Shown piece after piece: positions 8,613-18,143 of a stretch of DNA of 64,000 nt. The DNA lies in assembly GCA_021791055.1 (NCBI GenBank), contig JAJYXI010000051.1, positions 1,653 to 65,652 on the forward strand, given 5' to 3'. Every line of letters starts with the position of its first letter. Positions within the stretch are counted from its first letter, which is position 1. The translations under genes and the position numbers were made by a program. The DNA is from Nitrospirota bacterium. Its GTDB lineage: Bacteria; Nitrospirota; Thermodesulfovibrionia; Thermodesulfovibrionales; Dissulfurispiraceae. The notes beneath the pieces were generated by a model. That model had not been told where the DNA came from and made no database searches. It was given only the letters and a program-made list of their open reading frames with translations.

Positions 8613-10198
8613 TATTTACTCCTTAAATGAAAAATAATTTCTGAATAAGCACCTTTATCTTTTTCAGTGCGGTTTAATACGGGCCGCTTATACTGATTGA
8701 CAATTTGCATACCTGCTTTTTCTGCAATCGTTAGATACATATTGTATTTGTCATTGGCGACAAGGAAAATATCATAATCATCAACTAAAAATTTCTTACA
8801 GTTATTGAGAACATTTGTTATTCCTTGAATATAGCTTTGTTTTGCTTCTCTGCTTTGCCCTTTGTAGAGCGGGCCTATCTCTAAGTCATCTTTACGTTTG
8901 AAACCAAAAAGGTCATAAGCATATGCATGTTGCTCGTGGTAATCAATTAGCCCAACATATGGCGGACTCGAAAATATTCCTTTGATTTTTTGCTTTCTCG
9001 CTAATTCCGCAAATGCAGGATATTTCTTTTCAAGTTCTCCAAAGATGTCAAGAGTTCTGCTATCACCAGTCAAACAGACTTGAAAAGTTTGAGTTCGTAA
9101 TTTATCAAATTGCGAGAGACGTTTAACAGTGTCTTTTGTATAGGTTTTCCACCATTTAAGAATGGAGAAAAGCGGCTTGCAAACTTTGCCATGCTTCGCA
9201 CAGTAATAAGTTGCTGTAATTGGTTCAAGCAATGTTGCTAAATCAGCGTGAGTTGTTGCTCTACATGAGCGAATAGTTCTGCTCAAGATAATACTAATGA
9301 TTCTTTTAGTGTCAATATTTTTTATCCTTTTGATTTCATCAAATACAAATTGAATTTCGTCTCTAACGTGTTGCGAATACCATTTATCAAGAAAAGAATC
9401 GGCTTTGTCCTGTCTTAATTTAATATTGTATTGCTTAACGAGTTTGTTGAAGATGGGTAAAAACTCTTTTTCCTTTTCTGCCCCGTACAGATTCTCGTTA
9501 ATTAGGTTGCGCTTGACTTTGTATTTGTATTCTGGGACAGGGAAATATTTATTATTGAATTCGTAGAGTGCTTCCAAAAGCTTCTCTTCAAACTCAATGG
9601 TGTGAGAGTTTAATAAAAATTCATTAAGTGCTTTTGTTATCCTGTTGATTTCCTTTTGGACATCATCCAAATTATATTTAGCAATTTTACAATTTCCTAT
9701 GAGTGCATTAAAGGCAGAAACATCAATGCCAATTGCATGCATTCCAAGTTCACAAGCCTGCACCATTGTTGTTCCACTACCTGCAAAAGGATCCAAAACA
9801 ATATCACCTTTTTTGAAATATACTTCTTTCTTAAAATTGTCGGTATGTCCGTCAAGAAAATACTCTACGAGTTGAGGAATAAATTTGCCTTTGTATGGGT
9901 GAAGTCGATGAACATGTTTTGTTGTTTCGGCTTCTTTGTATTGATCAAACGACAATGCCCAGTTAAGGTCTTCGCCTAATCGATCTTTCCATGAAAGCTC
10001 TCTCATGCCGTTGTAAGATTTGTAATATTTTATTAACTCCTGCTTAGAGACTTGGGTGGTTCCATTGCCTCCAATTTTCTTTATTCTTCCATATTGAATG
10101 AGATAAGCAATATTAGAGATTGTTACAGTCTTCCCAAGATATTTCGTTGCCCAGTCACTCGCTTCTTTAATAGTCAATAATTGTTGCGTCTCAATCAT
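8612..10198 (-). CDS. Site-specific DNA methyltransferase (amino-MTase, probably N4-cytosine) with N-terminal HTH
   Basis: HPYKGKFIPQLV, LDPFAGSGTT (motif I) preceding SPPY (motif IV); start probably MIETQQ at 10198 (ORF track gives 10219). Confidence 0.92.
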   Translation of the reverse strand: MIETQQLLTIKEASDWATKYLGKTVTISNIAYLIQYGRIKKIGGNGTTQVSKQELIKYYKSYNGMRELSWKDRLGEDLNWALSFDQYKEAETTKHVHRLHPYKGKFIPQLVEYFLDGHTDNFKKEVYFKKGDIVLDPFAGSGTTMVQACELGMHAIGIDVSAFNALIGNCKIAKYNLDDVQKEINRITKALNEFLLNSHTIEFEEKLLEALYEFNNKYFPVPEYKYKVKRNLINENLYGAEKEKEFLPIFNKLVKQYNIKLRQDKADSFLDKWYSQHVRDEIQFVFDEIKRIKNIDTKRIISIILSRTIRSCRATTHADLATLLEPITATYYCAKHGKVCKPLFSILKWWKTYTKDTVKRLSQFDKLRTQTFQVCLTGDSRTLDIFGELEKKYPAFAELARKQKIKGIFSSPPYVGLIDYHEQHAYAYDLFGFKRKDDLEIGPLYKGQSREAKQSYIQGITNVLNNCKKFLVDDYDIFLVANDKYNMYLTIAEKAGMQIVNQYKRPVLNRTEKDKGAYSEIIFHLRSK

Positions 10199-10262
10199 CT
10201 TTGTCTCTCTCCTAAGCATTCCTGTCTGTAATTATCTCCATAAGGTGCATTCTTCACCATGG

Positions 10263-10406
10263 CTACCTCCTTTCATTAGCCACAAATCTTAAATTTTCTA
10301 TTGTTTCAAGACTGATGCTCAGAAAAAGATTACAAAGTTTCTTATCTTCTTCAGCAATTTCATTATAAATCTTTTCTGCCTGTTGTAATAACTTCTTTTT
10401 ATCCAT
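10263..10406 (-). CDS. 47-aa small protein, possibly an antitoxin-like remnant
   Basis: Read manually: MDKKKLLQQAEKIYNEIAEEDKKLCNLFLSISLETIENLRFVANERR*, with AGGAG RBS. Confidence 0.5.
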   Translation of the reverse strand: MDKKKLLQQAEKIYNEIAEEDKKLCNLFLSISLETIENLRFVANERR

Positions 10407-10438
10407 TGTTTTCTCCTACATTTTCTTCAACTGAATCA

Positions 10439-10467
10439 ATTGAATCATATTTTAAGCTATTTGTCAA
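10439..10467 (-). promoter_or_regulatory. Putative sigma70 promoter for the RM island
   Basis: Minus strand TTGACA-N17-TTCAAT with an extended TG motif. Confidence 0.5.
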
Positions 10468-10494
10468 GCAAAAAGTGGGGGGCTAAAGTGAGGG

Positions 10495-11352
10495 CTAAAC
10501 CTCCGGCAGCATTATGTTTATCTGTGAGCCGGGGAAATACGAAAGTTTAGTTTCTTTTTCTTTTCCCCATGACCATTCAGGTATTATTGAAAGTCTTGCG
10601 GTTCCTGAGCGGATGGAGATTTTGCCATTCCATTGATTTACAAATCGCCTGACAGCAGCGAGTCCATGCCCCCTTCCCTCATCTGCATATCTTGAAGCGC
10701 CGTGAAGCAGCGCCTTTTCTATTGCCTCAAAATCATTCTTTAATGAAAACCTCTCTGACAAGGATTTTTTAAAGCCAACCCCAATATCCATGACAGCAAT
10801 CTTCACAACATTTTTATTCAGGTTTTGAAAATGGTATTTCTGTATGCCAACAAATCCTTTTTTCTCGCTGTGTTCAATAATATTCTGGCAGACCTCTGAA
10901 AGTGCAACTATAAAGCCGTTTATCGCTCTTTCATCATAATGGAGATGTTTTTTAAGGATTGCATTTGCACGTTCTTTAACCTTGCCCACGATAAAATGAA
11001 TGTCATCCGACTTCTCAATAGGCGTAATTTCAAGCAGGACATCTGAATAAGAACTCCTCCTATATTTTTCTGATATTTCAGGTTTGGAAGGCTCAAGCTT
11101 AAAGTAATTATCGGCAAACTTGAAGAAGTCCATCCTTTCGAGATATTTAAGGACTTCCTCTGATTCAGGAAGATAAAGGGTTTTCTGAATATTGCCAGAT
11201 TTAAGAAGCTCTCCGATCTCAAGGATGCCGACCATTCCATAAGGGTCAATGAAGGTAATATCTTGAAGGTCAATTATTGATGACTCATTGAGAAAATGAA
11301 GAACATGTTCAAATGTATCCTCTGTTATCTGGGTAATTGCTTGCGCTGGCAT
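10495..11352 (-). CDS. STAS-like plus GHKL/HATPase (anti-sigma/Ser-kinase-like) ATP-binding protein
   Basis: N-terminal IDLQDITFIDPYG; HATPase boxes EVCQNIIEHS (N), VMDIGVG (G1), GRGHGL (G2), PGSQI. Confidence 0.8.
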   Translation of the reverse strand: MPAQAITQITEDTFEHVLHFLNESSIIDLQDITFIDPYGMVGILEIGELLKSGNIQKTLYLPESEEVLKYLERMDFFKFADNYFKLEPSKPEISEKYRRSSYSDVLLEITPIEKSDDIHFIVGKVKERANAILKKHLHYDERAINGFIVALSEVCQNIIEHSEKKGFVGIQKYHFQNLNKNVVKIAVMDIGVGFKKSLSERFSLKNDFEAIEKALLHGASRYADEGRGHGLAAVRRFVNQWNGKISIRSGTARLSIIPEWSWGKEKETKLSYFPGSQINIMLPEV

Positions 11353-11411
11353 ATTCCCTCTCGCTTTATTATATAATAAATAAATTTTTCAACTTCCCGA
11401 AAATATAGGTA

Positions 11412-11921
11412 ATGATGGTAAAAAGAATAATATCCTTAACCGCCATATCGATATTAAGCTGTTTGCTCTTTTCCTTAATCGCATCTGCTACATTGAATAA
11501 AGCCGACAAGATGGTTGTCATCAAGAGCAAAAGAGTCATGATGCTGTTAAAGGACGGAGAGATAATAAAAACATACAGGATTGCCCTCGGTAAAAATTCC
11601 AATGGCCGTAAAACTCAGGCAGGAGACCAGAAAACCCCTGAAGGAAATTACATCATAACATCAAGAAACTCTCACAGTAAATATTATCGGGCAATCAATA
11701 TATCGTATCCCAACGAGTCTGACATACAAAATGCAAAAAGGCTCGGCGTATTTCCGGGCAACAGCATAGCAATTCACGGCCTGCCAAAGGAGTTGGAAGA
11801 TATTGATAAATTCCACAGACGTCTGGACTGGACAGACGGTTGCATTGCTGTCACAAATCATGAGATAGATGAAATCTGGAATCTCATTTCAGACGGCACG
11901 CCAATAGAGATAAAACCTTAA
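11412..11921 (+). CDS. L,D-transpeptidase (YkuD family)
   Basis: Signal peptide, GDQKTPEG, IAIHG...WTDGCIA catalytic His/Cys. Confidence 0.92.
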   Translation: MMVKRIISLTAISILSCLLFSLIASATLNKADKMVVIKSKRVMMLLKDGEIIKTYRIALGKNSNGRKTQAGDQKTPEGNYIITSRNSHSKYYRAINISYPNESDIQNAKRLGVFPGNSIAIHGLPKELEDIDKFHRRLDWTDGCIAVTNHEIDEIWNLISDGTPIEIKP

Positions 11922-11923
11922 AA

Positions 11924-12940
11924 CTACCTGTAAAGCAGATCGAACAAGTCTTCCGCACGCCTTCCGTCAATCCTGTTCAGGATTATATATTCCTCGTATG
12001 CAGCATCCTTGTCTCCGTTGAGAAAATAGGCAATGCCGAGACTAAAATGAGTATCAGGATTTCTTGAGTCGATGCCGAGGGACTGCTCGAGGGTATCGAG
12101 GGCTGTTGCATACTTGCCGGTAACGATATAGATAGTGCCGAGCTTATTGTAAAGCACCTGAAAATCCGGCTTAATCTTTACTGCATATTTATACGCATCA
12201 ACAGCATCGGAATATTTGCCGAGCTTGTAATAAACCGCACCTAAATTTACATAGGCATCCATGTAGTCGGGTTTAATCTTTAAAGCCTTTTTGTATGCTT
12301 CTATGGCATCAGCATATTGGTTTGATTTCTCATATTTCAGGCCTCTCAGAAAATGCTCTTCAGCGTTGTCCTTTTTCCATTCTGGTTTTTTTGTCAGCTT
12401 TCTGATTTCAGCAGGCTTTTCGGGTGGCTGGATAATTTCAGGCAGAAGACTTTGAGGCTGGGGTGCAGGCAGTTCTTTATACGACAAATCTTTTTTTGCT
12501 GTCTTTGCAAGTTTCTTATGTAATGTAATCTGTCTTTTAATATATTCCGAAGACTTATAATCAGAAGGAAGCTCGGCAGCAACAAGCCCTTCTGCCTTTA
12601 TTTCAAATAAGGCAATGTCTTGCCTGCGATTATAAGCAATAAGCTTATTAATGAGATAAGAGCTTTCTCCTTCTGTCTTCACAATCAGCGAATATTGCAC
12701 ATCTTCGAGCCATGTAGAGATTATTTTGCAGTTTGTTGCAATAATTCCTTCACGGTCAACAATAAAGCCGCTTCCAGAGGCAATCTCGTTTCCAGTTCTG
12801 TCGTTTATATAAATGGCCACAGCACTCTTTTTCTGTTTTAATATGGAATCGGGAATCTTAGCCTCAGCAATTAAAATAAAGGAAAATAAAAGGCCGGCAA
12901 AAAGAGACGCTACTCTTAGAAGGGCACTTCTATTTCTCAT
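11924..12940 (-). CDS. Secreted protein with degenerate trypsin-like N-domain and TPR repeats
   Basis: Signal peptide; GSGFIV..IATNCK; DIAL; C-terminal TPRs (AYVNLGAVYYKLGKY). Confidence 0.8.
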   Translation of the reverse strand: MRNRSALLRVASLFAGLLFSFILIAEAKIPDSILKQKKSAVAIYINDRTGNEIASGSGFIVDREGIIATNCKIISTWLEDVQYSLIVKTEGESSYLINKLIAYNRRQDIALFEIKAEGLVAAELPSDYKSSEYIKRQITLHKKLAKTAKKDLSYKELPAPQPQSLLPEIIQPPEKPAEIRKLTKKPEWKKDNAEEHFLRGLKYEKSNQYADAIEAYKKALKIKPDYMDAYVNLGAVYYKLGKYSDAVDAYKYAVKIKPDFQVLYNKLGTIYIVTGKYATALDTLEQSLGIDSRNPDTHFSLGIAYFLNGDKDAAYEEYIILNRIDGRRAEDLFDLLYR

Positions 12941-15033
12941 ATCCCCAGAACTATCTCCCTTTCCTCTATATCCACCCTGTCGATTCTCACTGTCAATTCC
13001 TTGCCTATGGTAAACCTCTTTTTCTTGTGAATTCCGTAAAGGCTCAGACTCTTTTCGTCATATTGGTAGAAATCATCCGTCATGTAAGACACATGAAGGA
13101 AGCCCTCCACATAATAATCCTTCAGCCTTATCTTCAAACCATAGGATGTAACAGAGACAACCTTCCCTTCAAATTCCTCTCCCACCTTATCCTTCATAAA
13201 CCATACTTTCATTGCATTCAGAACTGCCCTCTCTGCCTCATCTGCCTGCCTTTCCATCCTTGATGAGTGGAATGCAATATCAGGCAAAACAGATTCCAGT
13301 TCCTTGATTCTCTTATCGCTGAGATGCTTCTTTGCAAGCACCTCTCTCAATATCCTGTGAACAACAAGGTCGGAATACCTTCTTATGGGTGAAGTAAAGT
13401 GGGTATACGACTCTGAGGCTAATCCAAAATGCCCGACATTGACCGGAGAATATCTTGCCTGCTTCAGGCTCCTCAGTATCATATGGTTTATTATCTCCTC
13501 CTCCGGCGTGCCCTGAATCTGTTTAATGAGCTCAGGGAAATCCTTTGGGACAATAGCCTTTGTCTTTTTCAGAATTTTAAGGGAGCTTATAATCTTCATT
13601 ATATCCTCGAGCTTCATCGGGTCGGGCTCTTCGTGTATCCTGTAAATGCTCGGAATATTAAGACCCTCGAGATGCTCTGCAACAGCCTCATTCGCAGCAA
13701 TCATGAATTCCTCTATTATCATGTGGGCAAAATTCCTCTCTGCCCTTATAATTGCCTCCGGATTCCCCTGTATATCAAGAAGCACCTCAGGCTCGGGAAG
13801 GTCAAAATCGAGGCTTCCCCTTTTAAGCCTTCGTGACTTTAGGATGTTGCATAACTCTCCCATCAGCTCAAAATCACTCAGGAGATAATCGTATCTTTCT
13901 CTCTCCTTTGCATCTTCATCGACAATTATCTTTTTTACGGATGTATATGTCATTCTTTCATTGCTGTTAATGATGCTCGGATAAAACTTTGCATCAAGCT
14001 TCCCGCCATGTGTGTCGAAATCCATTTCCACCGTGAATGCCATTCTCTCCACTTTTGGCTTTAAACTGCACAGATCCTCTGACAGCTCCTTCGGAAGCAT
14101 AGGGATAACCCTGTCAGGGAAATAAACGCTTGTCCCCCTTTTCCTTGCTTCCTTATCTATTAAGGAATCCCACCCCACAAAGAAACCGACATCAGCGATA
14201 TGCACCCATAATTTATATACATCATCTGTTTTCTGAATTGATATGGCATCGTCAAAATCCTTTGCCCTTTCGCCGTCAATGGTTACAGTGGGAAGGCTGC
14301 GCAGGTCTTTTCTTTTATGCTCTCTGTTTCCAATACCCTCCGCATAAAGACTTTTAGCCTCTTCAATAACACTATGTGGAAACCTTCCCGGAAGATTTAA
14401 TTCATCTATTATGCCTTCTACCTCATCTCTGGGAGTTTCAGGCTTTTTTAATATCTTTATTATCCGGCCTGCAGGCGGTCTTTTGTCTGTGGGATAGCTT
14501 ATTATCTCTGCAATGACGTTGTCTCCGTCCTTTGCCTTGCCTTTTTCTTTCGGGGCGATATAAAGGTCAAAGGGAACAGATTTGTTTTTGGGCCTCACAT
14601 AAAAACCCGCCCTGCCGGCCTCAAAAGTCCCCACTATACGCGCATGCGCCCTCTCAAGTATTCGAATTATTGTGCCTTCCCTGCGCCGTCTGTTCTCAAT
14701 CCTTGCAACAACCCTGTCATTGTCCATTGCACCGAGGGTTGCCCTTGAAGGGATGAATACATCCCTCTCACCCGGTTTTTCGAGTATCACGAATCCATAG
14801 CCATCCCTGTGCGCTTCAAAGTAGCCTGTTACGAGATTCATTTCCTCGGCAGGGCCGTAAAGCCCCTTCCTTGTCCTGACAATATCTCCGTCATTGACCA
14901 TCTCCCTGAGGAATCGTTTGAGCTTGCGCCTTTCCGGAGGTGTGAGATTGAGCTTAAAGACAATCTCATGGAAGCTGAGAGGCTGGGTGACCTTTTCTTT
15001 AAAAAATGATATTAGTGAGTCCTTTGTAATCAT
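12937..15033 (-). CDS. rnr: Ribonuclease R
   Basis: HRDGYGFV, TIDGERAKDFDDA, YTHFTSPIRRY, C-terminal S1 domain. Confidence 0.96.
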   Translation of the reverse strand: MITKDSLISFFKEKVTQPLSFHEIVFKLNLTPPERRKLKRFLREMVNDGDIVRTRKGLYGPAEEMNLVTGYFEAHRDGYGFVILEKPGERDVFIPSRATLGAMDNDRVVARIENRRRREGTIIRILERAHARIVGTFEAGRAGFYVRPKNKSVPFDLYIAPKEKGKAKDGDNVIAEIISYPTDKRPPAGRIIKILKKPETPRDEVEGIIDELNLPGRFPHSVIEEAKSLYAEGIGNREHKRKDLRSLPTVTIDGERAKDFDDAISIQKTDDVYKLWVHIADVGFFVGWDSLIDKEARKRGTSVYFPDRVIPMLPKELSEDLCSLKPKVERMAFTVEMDFDTHGGKLDAKFYPSIINSNERMTYTSVKKIIVDEDAKERERYDYLLSDFELMGELCNILKSRRLKRGSLDFDLPEPEVLLDIQGNPEAIIRAERNFAHMIIEEFMIAANEAVAEHLEGLNIPSIYRIHEEPDPMKLEDIMKIISSLKILKKTKAIVPKDFPELIKQIQGTPEEEIINHMILRSLKQARYSPVNVGHFGLASESYTHFTSPIRRYSDLVVHRILREVLAKKHLSDKRIKELESVLPDIAFHSSRMERQADEAERAVLNAMKVWFMKDKVGEEFEGKVVSVTSYGLKIRLKDYYVEGFLHVSYMTDDFYQYDEKSLSLYGIHKKKRFTIGKELTVRIDRVDIEEREIVLGI

Positions 15034-16982
15034 AATTTCCCTCTAAATTCTTTTATCCTCTCCATCGCCCCATCCTGGTTATGCAGGACGATGCCTTTAA
15101 GTTCTTTGAATCTTCTCTGTATTTTTTTATCCTTGCCCTTTACATAATTATCGAGGATTTTGAGTTCTTTATCAATTCTATTTGCAAGTACCAAATATTT
15201 ATTGTATTTTTCTTTTTCAACCTTAATTGAAAAATCCCCTGGCATCTGCCATTTATCCTTAAAGAATATCCATGATGCAAAGTCCTCTATTTTGTAGCCT
15301 TCCAGCAATTTAATAGGGGTTGCGTTCTTCATGTCAACAATCCTTAATCCATTTTTGTCTGCTATGATTTTATGACCTCCTTTAAATGGCTCCGCACCCT
15401 GATAATCCATAAACTCCCATGTCGAAACAGCAATTTGTCTTTCTTTATGGCAGCTCTCACAACTCCTTGCCTTGCCATATGGGTGGGCGGCCTGCTCAAT
15501 TTCAAACCACAACAGGTGTTTATTACTGCGTGGGGGAGACTTCGTCTCCCCCACGAGCCCCCTCTTGTCTTCAATGCTGAATGTACCCACCACATAATAC
15601 GCATCCCTTGTCTCTCCACTGGGCCATCTGAACATAAGCCTTTCTGAAGGCTTGACATCAGGCTTAATATTGCCGACACTGTGTGGCCAGATTTTTACAG
15701 GCATCCATTTACCCTTCTGGTCTTTCATGAGTATCGGCGGACCCTGAATGCCGTAATAAAGGGAATATTTCTTGAACGGATTTTCAATTCCGGCAACCAA
15801 ACCCGGCCCCCATATGGTAATCTGATAGCCCCTCAGTTCATTTATATGGCATGTTGCGCAGTCCATATCTTTATGAATGCTTTTTGCATGGGCCTCTTCT
15901 ATTTCTATATGACAGTCCTGACAATTAGCCTTTCTCTGCATATCGCCCATTCCTTTTTCACCTGTGGTATGGCAGTCAACGCAATGTATATCCTTTTTAT
16001 AATGCACATCCGGGTTCATGCCTCTTGGTATTGAATAGTCTCCTCCAATATATGTCTCCCCTCTCCTGCTCTGCATTGCGCCTGGATGACAGATACTTGT
16101 CCCCCTTCCGTATCCGCCGCAGCTCTCTGATGTAGGCTTGTTAGTGAAATGATGAACGCCCTTTTTCCTGTCAGGCGCATAATGGCAGTCAAGGCATCCT
16201 GCATGGCAGACATTGCAGAATTTCTGCTTGCCCACTGCCTGTTCTTTCGAAAAAGGGACATTGAGTTCTTTTCTTATATCTTCCGTATTTTTGAATTGAA
16301 ACCCAGCACCCCTTAAAACCTCCATTGGTGGCAGGTCAGCAAAGGACGGGCCACAGTTATGAGGACCGTATGGCTCAAGCCATGTCCTCATTGTCCTTTG
16401 TCTGAAATTGGTTGCCATGATGGTTGTCTTGAACTGTTTAAGCTCTTCAGGATGGCATCCTGATTTGCCGCAGGTCTTTTTTGCAATATCAGGGTCAAAA
16501 TTAAAGGTCTCGGGATCTCTGTCATGCCAGAGGATATTCCTTACATCAGGATGCGGCAATAGCTCTCCGTTATGCTCGATCTTAGGCAGCATAAGTCGTA
16601 TCTTATCATCGCCTGTTGGCAGCAATGCATCAGGATAAACTTTTTTTCTCTTAAGAACATTGCCATCGTCATCTATTAGAAGCACAGCGAGCATTCCCTT
16701 GTGGGCTTTGTCAGGGTCCTTTGCCCTTCCATCACCGAGGTGGCATTCATGGCACTTCACATTGGGATGCTTCGATTCTTTTTCAACCATCTCCCGGGTT
16801 GCATAAAACTGGGAATAGCCGAGTTTGGTCATCTTTTCTTTGTCGGAATGGCATCTTATGCACTCAACATCCGTATCCTTCCACGCCTTATAACCAAGAA
16901 CAGTCATGACCAAGAAAAACTGGATGACAAAAATAATGACTGTCTTCTTATTTATATAATCACTGATGGTACCTATCTTCAT
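15030..16982 (-). CDS. Membrane-anchored/periplasmic multiheme cytochrome c
   Basis: 8 canonical CxxCH motifs plus CX4CH and CX9CH variants; N-terminal TM segment. Confidence 0.9.
   Translation of the reverse strand: MKIGTISDYINKKTVIIFVIQFFLVMTVLGYKAWKDTDVECIRCHSDKEKMTKLGYSQFYATREMVEKESKHPNVKCHECHLGDGRAKDPDKAHKGMLAVLLIDDDGNVLKRKKVYPDALLPTGDDKIRLMLPKIEHNGELLPHPDVRNILWHDRDPETFNFDPDIAKKTCGKSGCHPEELKQFKTTIMATNFRQRTMRTWLEPYGPHNCGPSFADLPPMEVLRGAGFQFKNTEDIRKELNVPFSKEQAVGKQKFCNVCHAGCLDCHYAPDRKKGVHHFTNKPTSESCGGYGRGTSICHPGAMQSRRGETYIGGDYSIPRGMNPDVHYKKDIHCVDCHTTGEKGMGDMQRKANCQDCHIEIEEAHAKSIHKDMDCATCHINELRGYQITIWGPGLVAGIENPFKKYSLYYGIQGPPILMKDQKGKWMPVKIWPHSVGNIKPDVKPSERLMFRWPSGETRDAYYVVGTFSIEDKRGLVGETKSPPRSNKHLLWFEIEQAAHPYGKARSCESCHKERQIAVSTWEFMDYQGAEPFKGGHKIIADKNGLRIVDMKNATPIKLLEGYKIEDFASWIFFKDKWQMPGDFSIKVEKEKYNKYLVLANRIDKELKILDNYVKGKDKKIQRRFKELKGIVLHNQDGAMERIKEFRGKL
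15529..15555. repeat. Perfect 12-bp-stem hairpin inside the cytochrome CDS
   Basis: cgtgggggagac-ttc-gtctcccccacg, translated within GLVGETKSPPRS. Confidence 0.8.
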
Positions 16983-17089
16983 TGTTTAAAGTTTTACCCC
17001 CAAAATTGCAATTGGACATTAGCATAGCAGGCATGCGTTTTGTAAAGCTTTTTACTGTATGCATACCTGCCTTAAATGCATTATTTGGC

Positions 17090-18058
17090 TTAGAGATTTG
17101 AGGAATTGGATGGCAGAGGTGTTAGAGATTCTGGTTTGGTCGTCTGCTCGGTTGTGTCATTTTTCTTTGGAGTTGCAGCAGGGAAGCTTAGTGTCACAAC
17201 CTGACCTTTATCTCCAAGGTTTTCAAAATCTTTGCCATTAAATTTCAGTTTTACGCCTGCAGCATTTCCTACCAATACGCTTATAGACCGGTTGGCCTCG
17301 TAATTTACCTTTTCACCCGGATTCAGAAGTATCTCCTTTTTATCAGTGCCGTCAATAATCACCTGAATCCATGCCTTATCCGTAGCAGTTATATTAAGAT
17401 TGTGCTTCCTTTTCTGGGCCGTCTTATTTTTATCATCAGGCTTGTCCTGTATGGTTACAGGCACATTTGTCATGGCTGTTGTATTAGCAGGCTGTGTTAC
17501 TTTTTCTTTAGATGCCTCCTCTGTTTGCACATGAGGAGTAATCTCAGGTGTTTTGTACTGTACTCCTGGTTCAATCTTTTGTTTCACCGATGAAACATTC
17601 TTGCCATGTGGGATCAGCCAGTAGATAACAACAACTGCTGCAACCGCAATAGCAGCCCATGATATCCTTTGAACAAATTCTTTACTCCGAGATGTCTCTT
17701 TTTCCTCAGGCTTTTCGAGACTTGGCGATTCTAATTCAGCAACAGGGATTTCAGTAATATCTTTTTGTGGATTACTCTCTATCAGTCTATGCGATAAATC
17801 TTTATCAGACTCTTTATTCCTTTTCCCTTTTAGCTCTTCCAGATATGCTTCGTAAGGTTCGATTGCTTCATCAGGGGAATATCTAAGAAATTTTGCATAC
17901 TCCCTTATATACCCTTTTGTATACACTTCAACAGGTAATTTTGCAAAATCCTCTTCTTCTATTGCCTTTAGATAACTCGACCTTATTCGCGTTATCCTGG
18001 CAATATCATTCAGCTCCCTGCCGAGCTTTTCTCTTTGTTCTTTAAGGGGCTTTGTCAT
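17090..18058 (-). CDS. rodZ: RodZ-like HTH/TM/DUF4115 cytoskeleton protein
   Basis: N-terminal HTH (TRIRSSYLKAIEE..Y.KGYIREYA), one TM, C-terminal GNAAGV. Confidence 0.8.
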   Translation of the reverse strand: MTKPLKEQREKLGRELNDIARITRIRSSYLKAIEEEDFAKLPVEVYTKGYIREYAKFLRYSPDEAIEPYEAYLEELKGKRNKESDKDLSHRLIESNPQKDITEIPVAELESPSLEKPEEKETSRSKEFVQRISWAAIAVAAVVVIYWLIPHGKNVSSVKQKIEPGVQYKTPEITPHVQTEEASKEKVTQPANTTAMTNVPVTIQDKPDDKNKTAQKRKHNLNITATDKAWIQVIIDGTDKKEILLNPGEKVNYEANRSISVLVGNAAGVKLKFNGKDFENLGDKGQVVTLSFPAATPKKNDTTEQTTKPESLTPLPSNSSNL

Positions 18059-18143
18059 ATATATGGTATAAATTTACCACAAGTTCGAAATAAATGAAAG
18101 AGTTAACTATATCTGTAAACCAATTATGTTAATATAGTTTACA

